A DNA stretch of 64,000 nt from Ramazzottius varieornatus (lineage: Eukaryota > Animalia > Tardigrada): positions 5,694,448-5,758,447 of the forward strand of contig BDGG01000002.1 of the NCBI GenBank assembly GCA_001949185.1, read 5' to 3'. Under the pieces are notes generated by a model. It saw only the letters and a program-made list of their open reading frames with translations. It was not told the origin of the DNA and made no database searches. Below are positions 1 through 14,981 of the stretch, in pieces. The position numbers and the translations under genes were made by a program. How positions within the stretch are numbered: the first letter of the stretch is position 1; every line of letters begins with the position of its first letter.

Positions 1-1613
1 AGACTATTGAGCACAAAGCGAACTGTCGTGGACTTTCCCACGTTCTTCGATCCACAGAGAAGGATGACCGGATTCATAACGATCCGCAGAGCGGAGAGCT
101 CTTGAGCAATGTCTTTCCACAGGGGAGCCTGTGAGAAAAGTAAGTCGTGGATCACTTTCCGTGACCGAATTTCCCGTTGCTCTTTATCAGTTTAACAAAT
201 CCAATATTTTGGTCGAACCTATTACCCACTGCTTACATTCGAACAGTGTTCATGTAAAATTAATAAACAGATTCTCACCTGATGATCGACAAAGGAGAAG
301 GAGTTGAGGGCAGCGACTTTACCATCAGCTACTCGTCCTTGTCCATTTCCGGTTCTTTTCACTATGCACGCCGGAAACAGTTGCTTACTTCCATCCAGTT
401 CCGTTCCCAGACTTTCAGCCGTATATGTCGGTATCAAGTTCGGGCTGAGCTTCACTACATGCCACAGCAAAGGATCAGACACCCTGTTCGTGCACGACAG
501 CAAGACTACAGCTGAGATCTGCCCAGGAAACTTCAACAGTGCATTCAGCACTTCAAGATAATGCACCTGCTCGAACCGTCCTTCGGCTCTCTTTTCAAAC
601 TCTTCCACTCGAACATCGTCTGGTCCACCGAACAGCGACAAGTAGCTTTCGCACGAGAACGACGGCACCACGATCTCGTCTTTCTCGGGCGTGAGCGCAT
701 ACCCGGCGATGTTAGCCACACCGGCGTAACACTTGAAGCGAGCTATGCCAGCTAAAACTGTCGGGTAACCACTCTTTGGCAGGAGCAGCCAGTAAGCGGC
801 GTTAGTTACACGGATTAGCGAATCACCGAAAGACATCGGCGGATCTACAAACTCGTCCACTTCCGGTGCTGCTACTGGACCGGAAGTATCTTGTTGACCA
901 CCGATTCTGAATCTCAAAGCGTCTACCCGTTGCTGTGGAAGTAGCTGATGGACATTGACGTTCATGAACAAGCCGTTATAAGTACCTGGCTTTGGAGGAG
1001 TTTGAGGGTTTGTCTGTTGTAGGGAGTTCATGGAGCTTGTTCCTAGAACGGGAATCGACTGTCCAGGCGCTTCCAGCGTGCTGAAGTTGACTGCGATGTT
1101 CGTCTTCTTGTTCTGGGGAATAACCATCTTTTGTCCGTACAATGCCCCATCCTGACGGGGTTCTAAACAGAGAGAACAAACAAATGCATTGTATGCTTAT
1201 TCAATGAAACAGACACTTCCGGCACCAAGGTAGCATTAACAGAATGTACTTTTCGCCTTCTTCTGCGCTAGTCCATTCTCTCTTTGGAGCCTCTTGAGTC
1301 GTTTCTTACCAATCTTAACATTAGCATCTGAATTACCTCCGCCATCTTTCTTCTTTTGCTTCTTTGAAGATTTCCTTGCTTTCGGAGGTACAGAATAAGA
1401 GGGAGGCTGACTTGGGCTAGCTGCACTGCTCGTGGACTGTGCTGGTGGAGACTGAACAGCGCCTGTCTTCTTCTTCGCTGGCATCTCTGGAAGGCCTGGC
1501 ATGGCTCCAGTTCCCTTGACGTCTTCGATGAAGATGATATCGTCGTCTTCGTTATTTGCGCCGCCATCTTCAGAATCGGATGTGATGGTAATGATATCCG
1601 GTGGTGTCTCCAT
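1..1613 (-). CDS. NOL9: Polynucleotide 5'-hydroxyl kinase NOL9/Grc3 (spliced; 3' end runs off the window)
   Basis: ATG at 1613 opens an acidic/Lys-rich N-terminus. The next exon has TVLAGIARFKCYAGVANIAGYALTP, resembling the NOL9 N-domain. The exon at 1-130 translates to PVILLCGSKNVGKSTTVRFVLNS, a Clp1/NOL9-type P-loop. Confidence 0.85.
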
Positions 1614-2888
1614 GTCTGGAAGCTTGTTAGGTGGTGAAATGCGATGTAGGGAAGACTGTCGATCCCTTGTTAAAATGTCCTAGCTGCCAATCTCCATGAC
1701 GGAGGCATATCGGCAACTGCAAAAGAAATGCCAAATATTTGAGGAGCGAAGAGCAGGAGATAAAACTGAGATTCCCACTGATGGAAATGTTTTTGATTCA
1801 CATACATGAGGTGCTAAAGGGGCCTTGCCGGAACGTTGATCACACTAATTGAGCGATTGATTGATTACGTTCCGCTAAGTAGGTAGGACCGATATGGTGT
1901 ACGTCACACGTTGATGATATACAGTACGTAATGTGATATAAAACAAAATTCAAGATGAGCTCTTCATTCAATCTAAGAATTTGAACAACAAAAGAAAACC
2001 GTCTCGACAAACACAAGCAACCGCTGGGCTGTAAAAGTGTGAGTGACATAGTTTGAACCGGGTGTATATGTGTGGAAATCTGCACCACGTACACGTCAAT
2101 AACTGTTTGATCATGACTTATCAAACGCCTTTTTCGACGGCTTGCGATTTTGGCAGGCCATGTGCAAGTGGAGGCCCATCACTGTTTTTTGCAGCTCATC
2201 ACTGTTTTTGAAGAAGTTCGGGATTTTTGGAGCAGAAGTCGATTCCACTCTATCAATGGATCAATCGAGATACAGCCATGCCAGAATGCGTCCGAACAGC
2301 TGGCTGCTTCGCTGCTCGTTTGCTGCCGCGCTGAGACCCCCGGGGCCATAGCACGCACTATGGCCATGCCGGATTTCCCGGAAGTTATACTTGTACAGAT
2401 GTAACTGACCGAGATTGCGCAACAACATGGGGCCGCTGGAGATTCCCATGGGTCCTTCCTTGCCCAGATCGTTCTCAAACAAGACATTTGCGCGGAAAAT
2501 CTCCTTTCCATTTTGAAAATTTATCCGGCATAAACTATATCAGGATTCCCACGCGAGACATACATCTTACGCTAGGAGAAACTTTCACTGTACGCGGGTG
2601 CGCACGGTAAAAGTTCGTCCGCCGTGGAATTTAATTCACAGAAATGAAAGCCAGTTCTGGGTTGATTAAGAACATAACAGGTTAGAGTCCCAGAACTGTC
2701 TAATATAAAGTGAACAATTGAAAGCTGCAATCAGAAATGTAACAACAAAACAGAAGGGGAAGACTTTGCCTCTTGGCACTCTATACAGTGCAGTAAAAAA
2801 CTAGACGTATCCTGGTCCGAAGGAACTTTGATTGGCGCATGGCAATCTGCGCTGTTTCTTTGTGACACATTCATCACCAAGAAGAAGT

Positions 2889-5646
2889 CTAGGCTTCGTG
2901 CCTTCCGAGTACAGCTCCGGAGCGCCGTCTTTCCCATCGCTGCACGGTTTTTGCGGGGAAGAGCAGGATTCCGGAAGCTGTCAACAAGACTCCGGCGAAG
3001 TAGAACGTCCCATTGTACGCACCTGTTGCGTCCTTGATAGCCCCTAAAATGACATTGACAGTTGACAACCAGCTTCATCCCAGTCGGGCAGCCGTCGGAA
3101 GACCTAAGGTTTCATCCAGTCTCATATACGTACCGGCAATCGGGGACCCAATCAAAGTGGCAAGCCCTTGGAATGTCATTTGTAACCCGAAGGAATTATT
3201 CAGCATGGCGATACCGAAGAGGTCCACCAAAATGATGGAACGCAAGGCGGCAAATGCAGCTAAAAAAGTAAGAAAGCTCAGTGAAACTTAGCTAAAGAAA
3301 CAAAAGTTCAGTCATAAGAGCATAAAATTCACCAAGTCTTGTAGAGTCGAAAACATTCTAAATTCTGAATAATTTGCTCTTTTGGTCATTTTGGATTTGG
3401 CGCTTACAGATGGCAAATCCGAAAACGAGTGCGTAAATGATGAAGATTGCGTAACTGCTGTAGAACGGTGCAAAGATGGTGGCAAGACCTCCAACTATCA
3501 GCGCACTGCACGCCACGACAATGGTATCCACTCGAGGGTAGTCGGATATGAAACCCACAACAATACGGCCCAGTGTGTTGGTGACACTAATTGCCTACAG
3601 AAAACATGCAAACGTCAAAATTATGTGAACCATTCACAAAAGAACATCTGCCGTTGACAACAGCCTGTCCCCTTACCGCCAGCACTGTCGTACTCTGGTC
3701 GTCATCCAGGCCTATTTGCGAACTGAGAAACGTCTTAATGTACACGAAAGGGATAAAGAAACCAGCCAGTGTTAGGAAAGACGTAAAGCACGTCAAAAGA
3801 AACGTCGGACTTCTCAATAAAGACACGTCAAGCATCTGCCGGAGAACTGAAGAGACCGCGGGTGGACAACAGCCTCTGGAAGTGGCTTCGAGACCTTCCC
3901 GGTTGACGGCTTGAATACTGGTTGCTCGACGATACTCGTCAATACCGCCCATGGCTTTGACTTCGGGGAGGTTCTGGACGGAACCGGAGTAGAGGATATC
4001 AGGCTTGTACATGGGCTTGGATGAGTTGGAGTGGGTACTTTTACGACTGGAGGTCGAGCCACGCCGATGTAATTGGCCCTCACTCAACTTCATCCGCTCG
4101 CTTTCCTTCATGTTGCCCACTGATCCTGTCACGTAAGTCATCTCGACCTTTTCAGGGCCCACCCTGTAGTCACTTTCTTCGATCTTGGAAAGGCGCTTCG
4201 GCGAACTAACAGCCTCATGATCACTAATTTCAGCATGACTGTCTGCGTTGAGCCTAAATGGAAGACCAACCGCATTAAATTAACAGAAAAATACTGTGGA
4301 AATTTCACAGGTCATCAAGACTGTTTTCGAAAGTCTCTTTTTTCGATTCTTCGATTCTCTAAAATATTATGTTCATACCGAAGTATCATATTAATTTTGT
4401 GAAAGTCTCACCTTCTTATTCGGTCATCTCGAGCGTCTTGGATGCGTTGGATGAAGCTTTCTGTTCGTGCCATTTGACCTTCTTGTTCTTCGCGACGGTA
4501 GACTGCTCGCAGCGGCCGGAACAGTGCTCCGAAGACTGCACAGTTGAAAGAGATGCCCGCAAGAACCAGCAGACACCCTTGCAGCCCATATGCTTCTAAC
4601 AGGAGCGGAATGATTACCTTCGAGAAGAAAAAACCGCCCACGCCGGAACCGGAAACGGCAATCCCGGTGGCTAAGGCCCGCTTCTTGTCGAAGTACTCTC
4701 CGACGATGACGATCGCCGGAAGATAGACAAAGCCAAATCCGATGCCTAAAAACACCGTCTATAAATTTGCGTATTTCACAAGTGATAAAGTTGAATCTTA
4801 CCGCTCACTAATCCGTACATAACCATCATCATAGCAAGATTGACAGAGAACGAGCTGGCAGCGATGCCAAGCGCAGCAATGAACGACCCAATGACAGTGA
4901 TTTTTCTGGCTCCATACTTATTACACAAGGCACTGACAATCGGACCTACAATGTACAGAATAATCTCAATTCCTCAACCGCAACGAAAAAACCAGTAGTG
5001 CACTCTGGAGCTCGGCAAACGAACTCGACAGAACTGATTTTCCAAGTGGCGCACAATCTCAGCGTTACTGGCCGAAAGTATGCGCAAATTGGAAAAACGA
5101 TTCTGACAAACACCTGGCGAGCCCTCGTTCGAATCGTTTCACGGTCATAAAGAAACTAAGGATGGACGTACCAGCGAGAAGGTAAAATCCAGCCTGCATC
5201 GACCCAACCCAAGCGACAGCTCCGTCCGTAGATTCGTACTTGGTCATCAATTCCTGAGAAAGCATCCCAAAACTAAAGATGATCCCATCAACAACGACAT
5301 TGATAACAAAAGACGCTATCAGCACAATCCTGCAAATAGAGAAGACCAAACGTAAGAATTTCCTGCCTGAATTATAAACATGCAAGATAAAACTCCTTCT
5401 TTAATTGGATACTGTAAAACCTGTTGCATCCATATGGATTAATGTACGTACTACATTAATCCAAACTAGGTAATTATGAGCTATATTATACCAGCCATAT
5501 CCACCATCTGGAGCAACAACGACCGGTGCAGGCCGGAAGTTCTCCTCTTCCAGCTTTTTGCTCCCTCCATGGTTTGCTCTTCCTAGAAGGTCCTTTTCCG
5601 TTAACTCGGGATCAGATAAGTAGACTTTTTCGCTGTTTTTCCTCAT
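2889..5646 (-). CDS. Monocarboxylate transporter (SLC16/MCT family, MFS), multi-exon
   Basis: APDGGYGW N-terminal signature, YFDKKRALATGIAVSGSGVG, LDVSLLRSPTF, LVDLFGIAMLNNSFGL; last exon ends ...GRHEA* with TAG at 2889-2891. Confidence 0.93.
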
Positions 5647-6249
5647 CGTCGACGATAGCTATCTGCATCGATGCAATCAGGCAGGTGTTTTTGTTGTTGT
5701 TCCGAGTCCTGCAACTGACAGAATTTCAGCACACGTTAATGCAAACCATATGGTAATGATCTGCTAAGGAGTCTCGTATTCCTTACCCCGATAACTGAAT
5801 CAGAGCACCCACAGATAAGGCGTATCAGGATATGCAATGTCTCTTCTACCGTGATGGCGTCATCGCAATGCGCATCGGATGTCCGGGTTAATAATTCGTC
5901 TGTTGTGATCGGCTGTCATCCACGCGAACGTGCCTGAAGAATGGATTACCACAATGGTCTATCAAAACAGACAGTACTTCCGAGAGGAGCAGAAACTGGT
6001 TTGACGAGCGACAAGTCTTTCACGTCCAGACTTCAGATAAGTCCGAGATGACAACCGGCGTTCACGGGCCACACGCCAGCTCGAAGAGAATTCGCCCTCG
6101 CACAGTCGCACTCCAAGGGTGACCTCAAACTGGAGCTCGCTGCTCTCAAGGGCGATAGCGGAGATTCAAATTTGTAGTAGCGTGCAAGAAAGGTCGCCGT
6201 ACCGGGAGGTGCGACTGTGCACGATGTACAGGCCGGAGGACTCTCCACG

Positions 6250-6660
6250 TAATGATGAGCATTACACGCAGATGGTCCGTGTAATGTAAAATAGTGTAAT
6301 TGTAAAAGTGTAATTACATTTTACACTAGTTTACATTTTACAGACCGAGCGGTTTGTAACGCCTAAAAGTGACAAGGAACGACGAACCAGCTATGTCTAT
6401 GTTTGCATAGAATATAGATCTCAGTAATTGTCTTTCAGACAAAGATAAAAATACGGTTGCAAAATGACCAAAAAGGTTTCTGACATTTTTCCGCGTAGGT
6501 CAGCCGAATTTTAGATTTCTGGCGGCAAAATACTCAAAAATACCGCAGATTCTGGCAGGTAAAAGTTGTAATTACATTTTACATTAACATTACAACTTCC
6601 CCGTGGTTGTAATGTCGTGTAAAAGTGTAATTGTAATGCAAAATGTAATGCTCATCATTA
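6250..6660. mobile_element. Non-autonomous DNA transposon (MITE), ~410 bp
   Basis: Perfect 17-bp terminal inverted repeat TAATGATGAGCATTACA (6250-6266) / TGTAATGCTCATCATTA (6644-6660). Outer TA dinucleotides are a possible TSD. Repeated subterminal TGTAATTACATTTTACA-type motifs, no coding capacity, abuts the assembly gap. Confidence 0.8.
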
Positions 6661-6710
6661 NNNNNNNNNNNNNNNNNNNNNNNNNNNNNNNNNNNNNNNN
6701 NNNNNNNNNN
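6661..6710. other. Assembly gap (50 N)
   Basis: Run of n characters. Confidence 1.
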
Positions 6711-7721
6711 GACTTCTCACGCGGGGTCCTGGTCCCCTGCCCTCAACAATCTGGGCCACTGAAGTCTTCCGGACCCCGCGTCGACCCCTCTGGGTGTTAT
6801 ATACTGAACTTTTGTTACAACTGATTCTGGTGGTCAACACTCCGGGATAGGTCGTTCGTAATCAGGGGAACGATCTGTAGTTGACTAGTTGTCGATCTCT
6901 TTAGAGATTATTGATTGATATCGTGTGAGAACAAACAGGTCACTGTGCGTACTATCATCGTGGACGGAAAACCGCTGAGTTTTATTGTACTTTCTGTTCC
7001 GGGATCTTTAACATTCAGTTATACGTTGCCGTGTAGATAGATAAAGGTGGAAACACCGAAGAAATGCCGCATAAGAACCCGGACTTCACACATAAGGAAA
7101 GCGAGGGTTAGGGTCGCGGTCTTTCGTGGGTACTCCGTATGCGCGTTTGGTATGGCGCATGCGTACGCTTACTGATATGGTTTTTCAGTTGAGTTGTCGG
7201 CACGATCGAATGGTATCGACCGCCGAATCAACCCAACACTTTATGGCTGTACCTGTTCGATGAGGATCCTCCCCAGTGCTCAGGCGTCGCAGGTGGGCTG
7301 AATCGTTCGGCGATTCCAGGCGCTCGTACAGTACGAACCCGGAAGTAAGTACGACTAGCTGTAATACTGATAAGCCTCTCCCATCAGCGCAACGACTATT
7401 TGGAATGCATTCACTGCGGTAAGCCCGTTTCGGCATCGGAGCTTTGCTGGAATTTTCTAGCTCTGAATGATCAGAAAACTCCATCAAAATACTCTGCGCC
7501 GGAATTGGAAAGGTACGGTCGTATAATTTTGTTGTCCAGCGGACCGCGTGAGTCGCGAAACAGCGGTACCAACTCACGCGGCTTTTGCTTCAAATGCTGT
7601 CACGCCTGCACGAGTATTGTGCTCGAAGTTACAATGACACAACTTCCGTCTAAATGAATTGCCTTTCGTTCTTACAGTTCTCTAAGGGCTCAAACGCCGC
7701 TTGAGGACGAGGCAGACGAGA

Positions 7722-8755
7722 ATGAGCTTCAACGACTGGACCTTACGCGCGTGGATCGAGTGGTTCAAAGGGGAAAGTTCCTCGTACACCAGCGAGAAAT
7801 TGCCAGAAAAGTCCGAAAGTCAGCTCGTTTCGGAGTCGCTTCTCCACGAGCTCGAAACTGCCATCAAGGAGACGGAAGCCCGGAACCGAGCTCGAGACCT
7901 CGAAGAACGAAAGCGAAACCTGAAGGTATGGTTATCTCATATTCCGTAGCGCTCACTTCAGTCTTCCCGGAAAACAGCACTCGTAATTATATTTTGTGCA
8001 TCGTGCAATATGCGGTATACAGCATTTGTGAACTTCCGGGAACTTATCGATCGCTTACATTCGCTTTTTCCGATCGATCTCCCAGTGTCGAGGAGTTGCA
8101 CAAAGCCCCTCTTGCAGCGGTTGCAGCACCGCTGCGAGAGAGGCTTTGGGTATACAGCATCACGCAATCGCGCGAGAGCGCTTTGAAACAGGCGCACCTG
8201 TCTTCCTTGTTTGATGAGGCGAATATATAACTGTTACGTCCAAACTTTCAGGTTGATTACTCATGGCTCATCGATCCCGTCCGATTACACAGGCGTCCTT
8301 ACGAGATTATGCCCGGAGAGAGGATGGAGATCGAGAGCCTCTGTTGGCAAATTCTCCCATCGGAATGCAATAAGGTAAACAGTACGAGAGATCGACAATT
8401 ATCCAGGTCAACATTTCCCAAACCCGGAAGTGCCTTGTTGAAAACACCGGTATCAAATTTTTTTTATATTGCTTCGTAGGTCATTATGCAGTTTAGGGAA
8501 TATCTAGCTCGCGAACCGGCGATCTACGAACTTCCTGGCCTATTTCGCGGGTGTCTGCAGCAAACTCTGCAATCGCGACCTGTGCAAGAGACAGACCTTC
8601 CTCAGCAAGGTCTCCTGAAAGGCAAGCGTTCCAACAAGATCATTCCTTTCTCTCAGAGCATGGTCGACCTAAAATCGCGACGAAATTCTCAAGAGATGCA
8701 AATCAAGATGCCGATCAAATTCAGCACACTGGACGTCCGGACACTTCCGGTCTGA
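7722..8755 (+). CDS. RD3: RD3-family (retinal degeneration 3-like) protein, 3 coding exons
   Basis: Spliced product ...LVSESLLHELETAIKETEARNRARDLEERKRNLK|VDYSWL...PYEIMPGERMEIESLCWQILPSECNK|VIMQFREYLAREPAIYELPGLFRGCLQQTL follows the RD3 motifs (VDYSWL; E..C..I.P..C...I..FR). Confidence 0.82.
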
Positions 8756-9263
8756 GCTCCATCGCTGATCGCTGCATTAACTGCCCTGTACATTAGGCTG
8801 AAAGGTCAGAGGCCCTTTCAAAGATATTCATTTCCTCTCCGGCCATGATCTCGCGAGATATCTAAATCTGCTGTACCGCAATAATAACACTTTCGGCCCT
8901 TTGGCACTGGAGGTTCCTGTAGGGTGTAATGAACCACCGCATTTGATTCGATCAACGGTTGGATACGCGGGACAATGTGTTTCTGTGTTCATTAACTTTA
9001 TTTGTGCCCATTCCGTTGAGAATTGAAATTTTTTAGATGTCCAATGACCACCTGCAAACGCTCTAATAAACAAAGCTCTACAAGAGAACAATCTATGGTG
9101 AGACTAACGAATCACCGAGAGTACGTTCATCAGGACGCCACCAAAGCAGAGTATTCGTGAAAGCACAGATCGTTCACAAATAGAGAGTCAGACGCAGCAG
9201 AGGCACTGAGTATCTGTGAGAAAAACGGCATGCAGAAAATGCGGGAGGTCTGTCAGGAGACGG

Positions 9264-13853
<4,590 letters not shown>

Positions 13854-13903
13854 GGTGAACGGGAAACTCAGACTGAGGTGAACGGGAAACTCAGACTGAG
13901 GTG
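13854..13903. repeat. Exact 23-bp tandem duplication abutting the SEC14L1 start codon
   Basis: GGTGAACGGGAAACTCAGACTGA twice (13854-13876, 13877-13899) followed by GGTG. Confidence 0.95.
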
Positions 13904-14378
13904 CGAAATATGTCAACTGTATCCCAAAGTTAATCAAAGGCTGCAAAAAACGGTAGACAGGTTCGCGTCGATAAACCATGACAGGAAACCATATCTCCGT
14001 CACGCAGACAGCTCCTGCTGCCGACCGCCACTCCAAGTTTCAAACAACGGTTGATAAGCTGTAAACCTTCACGAAGACGATCTACAAACCAGCGTGATCC
14101 ACAAGATCGACAAGAGGAAAAAAACGCGTGTTGCTTCAGGCAGAAAAACACAAGTTCTCGAGCAAGAGCAGTTCATTCTGCAGGGCTTTGACATGCTGAA
14201 GTGATACGAAGATTTCTAGAAGATTGCTCCGCAGTAATACGATTGCTAGGGAAACGATCGTAAGCTGCGTTTCACGCTCCCAGATCCCTAGAATGCACTG
14301 GACTATTTCACTTCCGGTGACAGAACACGCAGTACGCGTACGACTGCACGTACGTACGTTGTGTCCGCGCCATACTGT

Positions 14379-14410
14379 CCCTCATTTGAGTCAACCCCTC
14401 ATTTGAGTCA
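14379..14410. promoter_or_regulatory. Direct repeat carrying two AP-1 consensus sites upstream of SEC14L1
   Basis: CCCTCATTTGAGTCA at 14379-14393 and 14396-14410; each copy contains TGAGTCA. The repeat is certain, the function inferred. Confidence 0.4.
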
Positions 14411-14981
14411 TTTCCGTTACACAGGGCGACTCGACTGGCCTGTTGTTGATTGGAATGACAGACTGTCAATGTCATGTCATGTAGGACGTTATTGTCCTCA
14501 GAGGGGGCACCTGGCTCTCCCTGGAAAATTACAGGACCGATTCCGGCAGTGGTGGTCTCAATAGATTGAATAGAGCGAGGAACTATTGTTGATTTGTGGT
14601 TCAAACGCGATCACCTTTCGAACAAATGTTCTATTCTAGCTCAGCAACTTTTGTTACTATTTGTAATTTAATAGCTTCTTGAAAATGGGTCCCCTTTCTC
14701 CGGAGTACCGACGAGGTGGAAACGTTTTTATCAGCCTGTCGCAGTTCATTCGAAATACTTCGGCAAAGCGTAATTGAAGCAGACATCTAGCCTGGCGGTC
14801 GTGCTGCGAACGTTTCAGCCCATAGCAGTTTATCGAAACAAGTGATCAACGAAAAAACGCACAAAACGAATGTGTCGTGCAACCAACAAAAAAACAGGAA
14901 AATGTGAAAGAACTCTGCGGACGCAGTACGTACTTGACATTGATAATAACTTAGTGTGTCTTAGAACGGCGGTGCCAGTTC

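Noticed and set aside
6250-6660. Repeated TGTAAT motifs as a CRISPR array or satellite
   Set aside because: No regular repeat-spacer period, eukaryotic context, and terminal inverted repeats explain it as a MITE.
7105-7114. GGGTTAGGGT telomere-like motif
   Set aside because: Fewer than two full units; expected by chance.
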